IMG/VR virus record: IMGVR_UViG_3300042389_000654
Location: 1-57,917 of that record
DNA from: a virus
Lineage: Duplodnaviria > Caudoviricetes
DNA: 57,917 nt
Direction: 5' to 3' (one strand)
The stretch's first letter is position 1, and the number at the start of each line of letters is the position of its first letter. Shown here one piece after another: positions 17,026-25,374 of this stretch. The notes under the pieces are model-generated. The model was not told the DNA's origin. It did no database searches and saw nothing but the letters and a program-made list of their open reading frames with translations. The position numbers and the translations under genes were made by a program.

Positions 17026-17871
17026 TTACCCCTTAAATATTCCTTCTTTGTATTGTTTTACAAAACTTATTATATTTATTCTTTCTTCAATTGGTGGATT
17101 GTATATTTGTTCGATTCCTCCAGCAGTTAAAAGAATATTTTCAATATTTTCATTCTTTAGTTTATCTATCACTTCAGCAAATTCTTTGTAGGTAAAGTAA
17201 TCATATTCTTTACGATCATCTTGTTCAAGATACTTATTCCATATTCCATCTGGTTTTGGCAAAGCCTCTAATTCTTCTTCTGTTTCTCTAAGCTTTGGCC
17301 TTATTGATACCATTATTTTTTTATTGTCTAACTCAAAAGCTTTACTTTTATACATAGCATAAGGAATAATCATTTTATTATTATGTTTTGACGCTGCATT
17401 AAAAACATATCTATTTGTTGTTGAAACAAAAAAATCTGGAAGTTTAGTATCAAGACCATTAAGCATGTCTAAGAAGTCTATTAAATAGTTTGATCTATCT
17501 ATATTAGAAGACACATCTGTTACATCTCCCATGATTCCACTAAAGTCTTTTTTGTCACCATCTATATATTCTCTTCTAGTTTGTTTAATAGCCTGTTGAG
17601 TAAGTCCACTTCCAGATACTAGATTTATTTGTATTCTTCCTGGGCTCATTTCATTAAGAGAGTTGTATAACAAACATAAAAATTGTGGAGACATTACATA
17701 TGGACGAGCTGCTACTAAATATTTAAATTCTTTATCGCTATCAATAACCCTAGCTATTTTTGTAAAAGATTCACCTTTTGTAACATCATAAATAAATAGA
17801 CCACCATAAAAATGATTAGCATGTAGTTCTTCGACATCTTCTACGTGTGTGTTAAAGTAATAAAAGTTCAC
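17026..17871 (-). CDS. luciferase-like (LLM) flavin monooxygenase domain protein
   Basis: YLVAARPYVMSP...SLNEMSPGRIQINLVSG resembles the SsuD/LLM core; shorter than canonical members. Confidence 0.6.
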   Translation of the reverse strand: MNFYYFNTHVEDVEELHANHFYGGLFIYDVTKGESFTKIARVIDSDKEFKYLVAARPYVMSPQFLCLLYNSLNEMSPGRIQINLVSGSGLTQQAIKQTRREYIDGDKKDFSGIMGDVTDVSSNIDRSNYLIDFLDMLNGLDTKLPDFFVSTTNRYVFNAASKHNNKMIIPYAMYKSKAFELDNKKIMVSIRPKLRETEEELEALPKPDGIWNKYLEQDDRKEYDYFTYKEFAEVIDKLKNENIENILLTAGGIEQIYNPPIEERINIISFVKQYKEGIFKG

Positions 17872-17873
17872 TA

Positions 17874-18305
17874 TTAAATCACCTTATCTATTTTTTCTGG
17901 TAATAGGGTTTTTAATTCTTCTATTGCATCTGATAATATGCTTATTTGTGTTGCATATGGTTCAATTTCTAATGAACCAAAATCGTTATGATAACTTACC
18001 GTATCTTTTGTTTTTTCTATAATACCATCTATTGATTTTTGAACATCTTCAATATATTGATATGCCCAGTCCCTAGAATCAGAAAGAAATTTAATAAAAT
18101 TTTCCTTGTGAATATCATTCTCATTTTTAAATTGAACATTATTATTGTCAATAAAGTCTTGTAATGATTTATGAGAAATTAATAGTCTTGTAAGTGATTT
18201 ATTTAATTTATTTATTTTAAGCAATGAAATTAAATAAGCAAATGCAAAAGACCCAGCCAAGGTAAGGGATGTTGCAAGAATAATATTACTTATTAAAGAT
18301 CCCAT
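17874..18305 (-). CDS. membrane-anchored hypothetical protein
   Basis: N-terminal TM; FIKFLSDSRDWAYQYIE; leaderless TATACT promoter. Confidence 0.7.
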   Translation of the reverse strand: MGSLISNIILATSLTLAGSFAFAYLISLLKINKLNKSLTRLLISHKSLQDFIDNNNVQFKNENDIHKENFIKFLSDSRDWAYQYIEDVQKSIDGIIEKTKDTVSYHNDFGSLEIEPYATQISILSDAIEELKTLLPEKIDKVI

Positions 18306-18353
18306 ATTATAAGTATATACCATCTAGCACGTTGTTGTAAATTAAAAATAACA

Positions 18354-18584
18354 TTATTTTATTGCCTCCCGTGTAACCAACACTATTGCTCCGTTCATTT
18401 CTAAAGCTTTTTTAACATTTACCACATACTGCAGTGCCTGTATTTTTTCATCATGAACCATTCTGGCAAATGAGTGTTCATTTAATTTAATTACAAGAAA
18501 ATGATCACTATCAATAACTTGGACTTGGAATCCCTTTGGAGGGGTTATTGAATGAAAAGCTTTACGCATTGAATCTGTATACAT
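18354..18584 (-). CDS. hypothetical protein
   Basis: Coupled to the upstream gene (TAATG). Confidence 0.7.
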   Translation of the reverse strand: MYTDSMRKAFHSITPPKGFQVQVIDSDHFLVIKLNEHSFARMVHDEKIQALQYVVNVKKALEMNGAIVLVTREAIK

Positions 18585-18787
18585 TATTTTCTACCCCAAC
18601 TAACCCTGTTCCACCCTCGCTCATGAAAGTAATAAAGGATTGTTTTTGTAACTACCTCAAAACTTGCAATTGCACCTGCTGTTACTGGTTCTTTGGTTAT
18701 TACCCAAGATATAGCAAATGTATCTGCTGTGCCAATGACACGCCAGGTGATAGCCTTAAGTGCTGATCTTTGTTTAGTTACATTCAT
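18584..18787 (-). CDS. DUF2061 membrane protein
   Basis: RSALKAITWR...LYYFHERGW. Confidence 0.8.
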   Translation of the reverse strand: MNVTKQRSALKAITWRVIGTADTFAISWVITKEPVTAGAIASFEVVTKTILYYFHERGWNRVSWGRK

Positions 18788-19542
18788 ATACCCATCTCCT
18801 TGCGCTTTTGTGTAGCAGAGATAGCATGAATGTCTGCCCCCAAATCTACTTGTTCAATTTTATACCCAACATCACGTCCATAAACAATGTTAGTAATGTT
18901 AGGTAGTCTTAATACTAATGCACCATCCATGAATTCATCCTTGGCTATATATTCTTTTACCTGATCAAACTTTAAAGGATCTTTTTCACTTGTGTTGTAT
19001 GTATTACGAACTCCAAGCAATACCTGATTTGTTCGCATTCCCGCCTCTAAATATAAAGCATGATGTCCTTCATGCCATGGTTGATAGCGACCAAGCATAA
19101 GTGTAGTTGGTGCGGACCAGTCATGTAACTGGCAAGCAGCAATAATAAGATCAGCTTCCTCCTTTACAGTCATCCCGCAAGAAATTCTGACATCGCATGA
19201 CTCTGGATCTTCCCACATCTTGTTTGTATCTTCAAACCTTCCAGATTCAATTCTGTCTACCCAAATTAAAATATCTGGCTTACCAAAAACTGCACGGGTT
19301 AAATTAGTTGGACATACAAAGTCAACTATTACTGGAGCAACATCTTGCTTAGCAATAAGTCTTGCCATATCCCCCATACGTCTTGCTTGTTCAATTCTAT
19401 CTTCAGGGCTAAACCCTAAATCTGAGTTAACTGTTGCACGAACTTCATCTGCATTAAGGTGAATAGCATTAATGCGTTCTTTTAATTCTTTTGCAAGAAT
19501 GGTTTTACCAGAACCTGGCAGTCCAATTATTTGAATAATCAT
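18784..19542 (-). CDS. cysC: adenylylsulfate-kinase-like domain fused to an HxGH nucleotidyltransferase
   Basis: GLPGSGKT P-loop; NADEVR...DLGFSPEDRIEQARR (CysC-like); C-terminal GRYQPWHEGH and ISATQKR. Confidence 0.7.
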   Translation of the reverse strand: MIIQIIGLPGSGKTILAKELKERINAIHLNADEVRATVNSDLGFSPEDRIEQARRMGDMARLIAKQDVAPVIVDFVCPTNLTRAVFGKPDILIWVDRIESGRFEDTNKMWEDPESCDVRISCGMTVKEEADLIIAACQLHDWSAPTTLMLGRYQPWHEGHHALYLEAGMRTNQVLLGVRNTYNTSEKDPLKFDQVKEYIAKDEFMDGALVLRLPNITNIVYGRDVGYKIEQVDLGADIHAISATQKRKEMGI

Positions 19543-19751
19543 ACTTCCTCCTTTTGCCATTGAATAAATGATTTAACGTATATAAACCCATAGGCAATGG
19601 CTGCTAAAATAAATCCATATTGTTTGGTAGTTACGGCATAAACTACCCACAAGCATTCATTAAGGCAAAGAACAAGCCATCCCCATATTGTTTTTTTACC
19701 AACAAAATAGATTCCAATAACACCAATTATTGCAAGTATCCAGGACCACAT
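19539..19751 (-). CDS. PnuC-like small membrane protein
   Basis: Three hydrophobic segments, WGW motif, ends in W plus charged residues. Confidence 0.5.
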   Translation of the reverse strand: MWSWILAIIGVIGIYFVGKKTIWGWLVLCLNECLWVVYAVTTKQYGFILAAIAYGFIYVKSFIQWQKEEV

Positions 19752-19752
19752 A

Positions 19753-20037
19753 TTATTTATCCATTGTTAAAGATTGCCAAGTTTCTGCCCAGCCTAATTT
19801 TGTTCTGTGACTGTTAAATTCTTTAGAAATTTCCCCAGACTCTAAGTATACACCGCCCCAGATTCCCCATTCTTTAGAAGAAACTCCAACAGCAAAACAT
19901 TTTTTTGCTACTGGACATCTACCACATAGTGAATCAATTATTGGTCTTACTTCTAAGTCTTCTTCATAAGTTTCAAAAAATAAATTATTATCAAGGCCTA
20001 GACATGAAGCATCGTCTTTCCATAGGTGCTGTTTCAT
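19753..20037 (-). CDS. whiB: WhiB-family Fe-S transcription regulator
   Basis: W...A.C...FF...C..CPV...C...WGIWGG. Confidence 0.9.
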   Translation of the reverse strand: MKQHLWKDDASCLGLDNNLFFETYEEDLEVRPIIDSLCGRCPVAKKCFAVGVSSKEWGIWGGVYLESGEISKEFNSHRTKLGWAETWQSLTMDK

Positions 20038-20045
20038 AAAAACAC

Positions 20046-20255
20046 CTACATCTTATACTTATGTGGAATATCCCAGCCATTGCGATCAATTTTAAATATT
20101 CGTTGTGTATACCACTGATCCCCAATTCGAACTCCATTAACAGCAGTTCTGCCCATCTCTGTTTTTTTGCGTTCTACTACATCCCAGCCAATCCAAGAAA
20201 GTAAATTGTTTTGCTTTACTATCTTTTCCATAGTTTCTAGTTTGTTTATTAACAT
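20046..20255 (-). CDS. hypothetical protein
   Basis: ORF with GGGGG RBS; LSWIGWDVV. Confidence 0.7.
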   Translation of the reverse strand: MLINKLETMEKIVKQNNLLSWIGWDVVERKKTEMGRTAVNGVRIGDQWYTQRIFKIDRNGWDIPHKYKM

Positions 20256-20269
20256 AATTTAGCCCCCAA

Positions 20270-20620
20270 CTAATATCGGAAAATACCGACCTCTATATTT
20301 TTTGATTCAGCAATGCTAACTAATTTTGATGCTGATTGTTTTGGCTTACTTAAAAAAGCAAAGTAGTTTACTTGCTCCATGTTTTCTTCAATCTGTGATG
20401 GAGGAACATAAAAAAATTTAATTTTTCTTCCACGAGATTTCATACCTCTTTCAGAAAGATTACAAAATTCAGAAGCAAAAGAATTAATGGTTGCTGGTCC
20501 AGCAGAATACAATATGAACTCTTTATCTTCATCTTTCATGCCTGAAAGAGCAACTCCCATAGCACGAATAAAAATGTTGTAGTCGTTAAATTCTTTTGTT
20601 CCCTGCACTGCCACTATCAT
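20270..20620 (-). CDS. hypothetical protein, possibly SLOG/YspA-like
   Basis: IVAVQGTKEFNDY N-terminus. Confidence 0.55.
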   Translation of the reverse strand: MIVAVQGTKEFNDYNIFIRAMGVALSGMKDEDKEFILYSAGPATINSFASEFCNLSERGMKSRGRKIKFFYVPPSQIEENMEQVNYFAFLSKPKQSASKLVSIAESKNIEVGIFRY

Positions 20621-21011
20621 TTTTGTTTCCATTCTGTAAATTATCTAATATCATTAGCATTTTTTCCATATCATTTTTTGACATGTTTTCTACATCTACT
20701 GGTCTTGCTGATGTAGACTCCACTTCTCCACCAATAGCGTTGGCTACATAAAAAATATTGTCAGATACCCAATAAGCTTCCTGGCCAATTACTATAACTC
20801 TAATCATACTCTTTTCTGTGTGTTTTGTCAACTGTGAAAAACGTCTTTTTTGATTAGAGGAATCAATTGAAAAAAAATATTTAAGTAACTCATGAGTATC
20901 TTTTTGACTATACAGAGTTCTTGACATTTTTTTATTAATTTTTTTCTTCATTATAACAATTATAGCTAACGATGTTAGCAAAGTCAATATACATGCAATA
21001 ATGTATTGCAT
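20586..21011 (-). CDS. membrane-anchored hypothetical protein
   Basis: N-terminal TM; AYWVSDNIFY. Confidence 0.7.
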   Translation of the reverse strand: MQYIIACILTLLTSLAIIVIMKKKINKKMSRTLYSQKDTHELLKYFFSIDSSNQKRRFSQLTKHTEKSMIRVIVIGQEAYWVSDNIFYVANAIGGEVESTSARPVDVENMSKNDMEKMLMILDNLQNGNKNDSGSAGNKRI

Positions 21012-21012
21012 T

Positions 21013-21258
21013 TTATTCTAATTCTTTTACCTTAGTTGTTTTTTTTATATTTTTACCAATATCTTTAGTCTTTAATTCTTCAGAAAGTTTTTCAATTTCT
21101 ACCTCTAAACTTCTGATCCTAGCTCCAAAGGTTGCTTTTTCAATCTTTGTTCTGTTAACAATAAGTTGAAGTTCTACATTTTTTAATTCAGCATCGGTAG
21201 TTCTTTTAACATAAAACTCCACTAATTGTTTAAAATCTTCAATATTTAATTCATCCAT
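21013..21258 (-). CDS. coiled-coil hypothetical protein
   Basis: ORF with heptad-like pattern. Confidence 0.7.
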   Translation of the reverse strand: MDELNIEDFKQLVEFYVKRTTDAELKNVELQLIVNRTKIEKATFGARIRSLEVEIEKLSEELKTKDIGKNIKKTTKVKELE

Positions 21259-21261
21259 AAT

Positions 21262-21636
21262 TTACCCCTTTCTAAAACTAAATGGACTTCCTATCCAAGC
21301 TTTTTCTGTTTTTTTCTTTTCACGTTCAACTATTGCTCTTGACCACGCAAAACCAGCATCTCCACCCCAAGCATCCCACATTATTCTTCCATTAGATGGA
21401 AATTCCGGACCATCAAAAAAACCTTTACCTTTTTTATCTACTTCGTGACGAGAAAAAAAAGAAAACATTCTTTTAACAGTGCTAAGAGACATTGCTGATC
21501 CATTAACGATATCTGTTGCTCTACCCCAACCTACTGGAGTTCCAGCACCAGTTGCCTTGCCATCTTCTTTCCATTTCAAAGCACGTCTTGCAGCAGCCTT
21601 CATTCCAGATGTGGGGGTGTATGTGTCTTCAGCCAT
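21262..21636 (-). CDS. conserved phage protein, possibly head-associated
   Basis: GTPVGWGRA...TVKRMFSFFSRHE...WDAWGG; I recall this domain near or fused to prohead proteases. Confidence 0.6.
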   Translation of the reverse strand: MAEDTYTPTSGMKAAARRALKWKEDGKATGAGTPVGWGRATDIVNGSAMSLSTVKRMFSFFSRHEVDKKGKGFFDGPEFPSNGRIMWDAWGGDAGFAWSRAIVEREKKKTEKAWIGSPFSFRKG

Positions 21637-21787
21637 TAGCTATCACCTTATTTTGTTTTTGTTTGTGTGGGCCCAAATCTGCTTTAATGCTACCATCTTT
21701 TCTTAAACGAACAATTCTGCCATTTTTAATTTGCATTGGATTAAATTTGTGATTTGAATAATAAGAGCCCGAAGATCTGTTTGCCAT
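21629..21787 (-). CDS. small basic protein (52 aa)
   Basis: Read by hand: FNPMQIKNGRIVRLRKDGSIKADLG; TAATG coupling. Confidence 0.6.
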   Translation of the reverse strand: MANRSSGSYYSNHKFNPMQIKNGRIVRLRKDGSIKADLGPHKQKQNKVIANG

Positions 21788-22482
21788 TATTTTTCAATTC
21801 CTCTTGGATTAAAAGATCCATCCCAAATATTTTTTGTTGTAGATTGTGATTCTGACTTATAAGTTCCACCACGACGCTTATACTCTTGGACTACCCAAGA
21901 ATTTGCAACTGCAGATGGATAAACATCAAACTTATCTTTTGCTGCTTGAACAACTCTTGCATACAGCTTAGGATTTGAAGGAGTTGATCCACCACGACGT
22001 GGTTGAATCATTTCACTATAGTTAGGCTTTTTTGCTTTTTCCATTTCATTTTCCTTATCTTTTAGTTTATTAACTGGAACACAGTTAGGAACCATTCTTC
22101 CATTTTTGTCTTTCATTCCTCTTTGTTCATAACCAACCCAACAAGCCTTAGCCATGTTATCCCATTTATCTTCATCTTCATTGTCTGAATAATATGACTT
22201 CATTGTTTCTTCTGCATCCATACTGTGTGTATTGATATCTATTTTTTGTGCATCTGCATACATCATTCCAATGCTATAAGCCGTTGGCTTCCAGCTATTG
22301 TTGTCTTCTTTGTAAACCCTAACAGACATTGCAGGATTTTCTGGTGGCTTTGATTCAAGAGCATACTCAGATCCAGGAGTTCCAAGAGTTCCTCCCTCAA
22401 TCATAATGTGTTCAACTACACCATGAATAAGACCTTCTGTTGTTGTGCCCATAACAAAATCGCCTTCTTTAACTATACTCAT
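21787..22482 (-). CDS. modular hypothetical protein (Tudor-like N-terminus, CWxGY module, basic C-terminal domain)
   Basis: EGDFVM...GVVEHI; CWVGYEQRGMK...VPNCVP; YPSAVANSWVVQEYKRRGG. Confidence 0.65.
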   Translation of the reverse strand: MSIVKEGDFVMGTTTEGLIHGVVEHIMIEGGTLGTPGSEYALESKPPENPAMSVRVYKEDNNSWKPTAYSIGMMYADAQKIDINTHSMDAEETMKSYYSDNEDEDKWDNMAKACWVGYEQRGMKDKNGRMVPNCVPVNKLKDKENEMEKAKKPNYSEMIQPRRGGSTPSNPKLYARVVQAAKDKFDVYPSAVANSWVVQEYKRRGGTYKSESQSTTKNIWDGSFNPRGIEK

Positions 22483-22494
22483 ATATTGATTATA

Positions 22495-22830
22495 TCAGAC
22501 TTTGCGCTTAAGTAGTCTAATGATTTCTAAAAGAGACCATCTTTCTTTATTGGTTAAGCCTGATATATCCTTTTCGTTAAAGGCTTTTGGGGTTAAAACA
22601 ATGATTGGATCCGCAGAAAATAGGTCTATGTCTATAAACTGCTTTTCCCACAAATTCATTACTTCTGAATTAACGGCATCTATATGCTCTTTATATAGAT
22701 CTGGCATAAGGTCTTTTATTTTTGGAGTAAATGAATATAACATTTCTCCAGTATCCTCATCCAAGGCAGCAACTTCAAGGCCACCATTTAAAATTAAATC
22801 ATTTATGATTCTATCTTCTTCACTGTTCAT
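22495..22830 (-). CDS. hypothetical protein
   Basis: ORF in operon; GEMLYSFTPK. Confidence 0.7.
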   Translation of the reverse strand: MNSEEDRIINDLILNGGLEVAALDEDTGEMLYSFTPKIKDLMPDLYKEHIDAVNSEVMNLWEKQFIDIDLFSADPIIVLTPKAFNEKDISGLTNKERWSLLEIIRLLKRKV

Positions 22831-23071
22831 TAATAAATTTAACCAACGATTCTCTTGTTTGTGCCCCAGAAATACGACTAATCTCTTTACCGTTTTCCAT
22901 CAATATAAAGGTTGGAATAGATTTTACTTCAAACCTTTTAACAAGCAGTTGTTCGTAATCAGCGTCTATCATTTGAAATTCAAAGCCTTCTTTTTTCATA
23001 TCTTCAACAATAGGTTTTACCTTTTTACAAGGTGGGCACCAATCTGCTGTAAAATAAAAAACAGTTTTCAT
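22820..23071 (-). CDS. thioredoxin
   Basis: FTADWCPPCK, SIPTF and GKEISRISG. Confidence 0.9.
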   Translation of the reverse strand: MKTVFYFTADWCPPCKKVKPIVEDMKKEGFEFQMIDADYEQLLVKRFEVKSIPTFILMENGKEISRISGAQTRESLVKFINEQ

Positions 23072-23475
23072 TTGTTATTTTTTGATCTAATCTTAGCAAG
23101 CAGCTCAAAATCTTTTATTTTAGTATCTCCAAGGTATCCCCAAGCATATCCATCATTAATCATTTTATCATTGAGTGAAATTGTATCTCCATTAACATAG
23201 AGCCAACCTAGAATGCGACCAAACTTTTCGGTTGAGTTCATTTTTTCTGTTTTAATAATAACAGACTTAGCATCTTTTAATTGTTTCTTTAGATATTCTT
23301 TAGACTCAAGGCCAAGAGCCTTTTCTTTTAAATCTTTTGTGCGAGATTCAGGTGTATCAATACCAGCCAATCTTACACGGGACTGAAACAATATATCAAA
23401 CCCTAAATCAATAATTACATCAATTGTATCTCCATCAACAACATTTGTTACATCTTTAACAAAATACTCATACAT
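23068..23475 (-). CDS. staphylococcal-nuclease-like (thermonuclease) protein
   Basis: VVDGDTID, VRLAGIDTPE and KFGRILG. Confidence 0.9.
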   Translation of the reverse strand: MYEYFVKDVTNVVDGDTIDVIIDLGFDILFQSRVRLAGIDTPESRTKDLKEKALGLESKEYLKKQLKDAKSVIIKTEKMNSTEKFGRILGWLYVNGDTISLNDKMINDGYAWGYLGDTKIKDFELLAKIRSKNNK

Positions 23476-23729
23476 TAATTTGCACTCCCTGTTAGTTTAT
23501 TTTCTATAAGTTTTTCACGCTCGTCAACAACTTCAAGCATAAAAGACATCATTTTTGTATAAGTTTCTGGATTATCCATAATTTTATTATAATGATGACT
23601 ACAAAATAACAAATCGCCAGTAATTCCTGTTACCTTTACGTAAGCTTGTGCTTCACAGCTATCACAACGATCAAGAGAATTTAATATCCACTCTTTTGGT
23701 TTAATTTTTTCATCAATCATAGTATTCAT
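23475..23729 (-). CDS. small Zn-binding protein
   Basis: DRCDSC.AQAYV...LLFCSHH. Confidence 0.7.
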   Translation of the reverse strand: MNTMIDEKIKPKEWILNSLDRCDSCEAQAYVKVTGITGDLLFCSHHYNKIMDNPETYTKMMSFMLEVVDEREKLIENKLTGSAN

Positions 23730-23738
23730 ATTATACCG

Positions 23739-23921
23739 CTACTTTCTGTTGTCGGTGGAATAAAATCCAGAACCATTAAAAACTGCACCTATATTAGAGT
23801 ATACACGAACCAACCTGTTATTACAAGTATCACATGTATACCCAGGATCATCTTCTTTTATTGATCTTTCTTTTACATACCTTTGTGCACAAGGCATACA
23901 GTCATATTCATATAGTGCCAT
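23739..23921 (-). CDS. FmdB-family zinc-ribbon protein
   Basis: YEYDC..C...C..C...F.GSGFYSTD. Confidence 0.85.
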   Translation of the reverse strand: MALYEYDCMPCAQRYVKERSIKEDDPGYTCDTCNNRLVRVYSNIGAVFNGSGFYSTDNRK

Positions 23922-24121
23922 TACTTAATTTTTTTTCCAAACTTTGCCCAAACTCTTTCATGAAGAAAGTAACCAATGGCTTCCCAGCCTATATAAATAA
24001 GAGCACCTAAACTAGCATACTCCCACTCACCAGTAAACAAATAAATTACTCCAGCAACACCAACAAGGTGAAAGGTTTCCCAACTTAATGTTTTAAGTAA
24101 TGTTCTTTTATTTGATTCCAT
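23921..24121 (-). CDS. DUF2061 membrane protein (second copy)
   Basis: ESNKRTLLKTLSW...YFLHERVW. Confidence 0.75.
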   Translation of the reverse strand: MESNKRTLLKTLSWETFHLVGVAGVIYLFTGEWEYASLGALIYIGWEAIGYFLHERVWAKFGKKIK

Positions 24122-24906
24122 TACTTGACTCCTTTTAATCTACGAAATGTTTCTTCATCAACAATTCCTGTAACCTTAAGCTTTTCTTTTGTTTGAAAAG
24201 CTTTAACAGCCTTTTCTGTTGCTGGACCAAACTCTCCATCAACTTTAAGTTTTAGCATTGTTTGAATATTTTTTACGCCCTGACCCTTTGAGCCAATTTT
24301 TATTGGTTTAAATAGTTTAACTTCAGGAACGCTAACACCTTGAGACTTTGCAACTTCTGCAAGAGCAACCTTTTTTTCTTCAAGCGTTTTGACTGCTGGT
24401 GTATCTGCATCTGGATAATCAATTACCCCATACCCTGCAATAAATACAGGAAGACCTTTTTTATTTGGTCCATACGCACGAAGTTTTTTTACACACTCTC
24501 CACCGTTTGATTGGCTACCGCTTTTTCCGTCTGCCGTAGTATTTCCTTCAATAGTAATACATGTTCCATCACCATTATCTTTTAATACCCAACCAACGTG
24601 GTCAATATCTCTTCCTCCAGGAAAGTCAAAAAACACTACCCATCCTGCTTGTGGCTTATTTCCTTTTACTGGGACCCACTTGTTTTTACTTTTAAATGCT
24701 GCAACTCCTGCTGGAGTGTATACCACATTTGGAACTTTAACCCCTGCTTGGTTTGCAGTCCACATAACAAATGAACCACACCAAGGCAAAAAGTTAGCTT
24801 TTGTAAATGCCCCATACTTTGTTTCATTATCCTTTGGACCTTCAACAGTTCCTAATTCTTTTTGAATCACTTCTAATAAAAATGCTCTTGTTCCTTTTAC
24901 TGACAT
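24121..24906 (-). CDS. endolysin: CHAP domain plus peptidoglycan-binding domain
   Basis: PWCGSFV, DHVG and TIEGNT (CHAP); GSKG..VK.IQ...DGEFGPATEKAVKAFQ (PG_binding_1). Confidence 0.9.
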   Translation of the reverse strand: MSVKGTRAFLLEVIQKELGTVEGPKDNETKYGAFTKANFLPWCGSFVMWTANQAGVKVPNVVYTPAGVAAFKSKNKWVPVKGNKPQAGWVVFFDFPGGRDIDHVGWVLKDNGDGTCITIEGNTTADGKSGSQSNGGECVKKLRAYGPNKKGLPVFIAGYGVIDYPDADTPAVKTLEEKKVALAEVAKSQGVSVPEVKLFKPIKIGSKGQGVKNIQTMLKLKVDGEFGPATEKAVKAFQTKEKLKVTGIVDEETFRRLKGVK

Positions 24907-24941
24907 AAATTATCCTCCTATAGATATACTTAATTATAGCA

Positions 24942-25217
24942 CTATGCCGTCTTTTTTGTCAACCTTTTGTGAGTTCGAATCCTGTGGCAATTTGCACAGA
25001 CTACCTCACATTTTGATATTTCTTTTTTAATTGCTGCCCAAGAAAATCCATCGTGAATCATTCTAGAAATATTGTATTTTTTATTACTAAGGTGATCAAA
25101 ATCCAAAACTATATGGTTGCTTTCTCCACAATCTACACAACCAGATTTTTCTTTAATTTGTTTAAGGCGTTGTTTAAGCTCTTGTTTACCATATTGAACC
25201 AACTCTTTGTCAGTCAT
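24942..25217 (-). CDS. HNH endonuclease-like protein
   Basis: CVDC...LDFDH...KCEVVCANCHRIRT. Confidence 0.8.
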   Translation of the reverse strand: MTDKELVQYGKQELKQRLKQIKEKSGCVDCGESNHIVLDFDHLSNKKYNISRMIHDGFSWAAIKKEISKCEVVCANCHRIRTHKRLTKKTA

Positions 25218-25245
25218 AGATCTTAATTATATCAGTAATTAAAGA

Positions 25246-25365
25246 GTCCTACACAGGTAGTCCGTCTGCAATGCGCCACGGTCATAATTAATGGGTAACT
25301 AAACCATCACTAAGGTCCTGTGTAGGACATGCCAGATATTTTATGTCGCTGTCTCCCCCGACAGT
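25246..25365 (-). ncRNA. candidate structured ncRNA
   Basis: Perfect 12-bp inverted repeat (25246-57/25317-28) closing two inner stems; upstream hairpin; TATAAT next to the hsp20 stop. Confidence 0.4.
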
Positions 25366-25374
25366 TACATTATA

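Noticed and set aside
22502-23200. 232-aa + strand ORF
   Set aside because: Antisense to three well-supported genes, including thioredoxin and the nuclease
25246-25328. Hammerhead ribozyme
   Set aside because: A three-way junction is present, but the CUGANGA and GAAA core is missing on both strands
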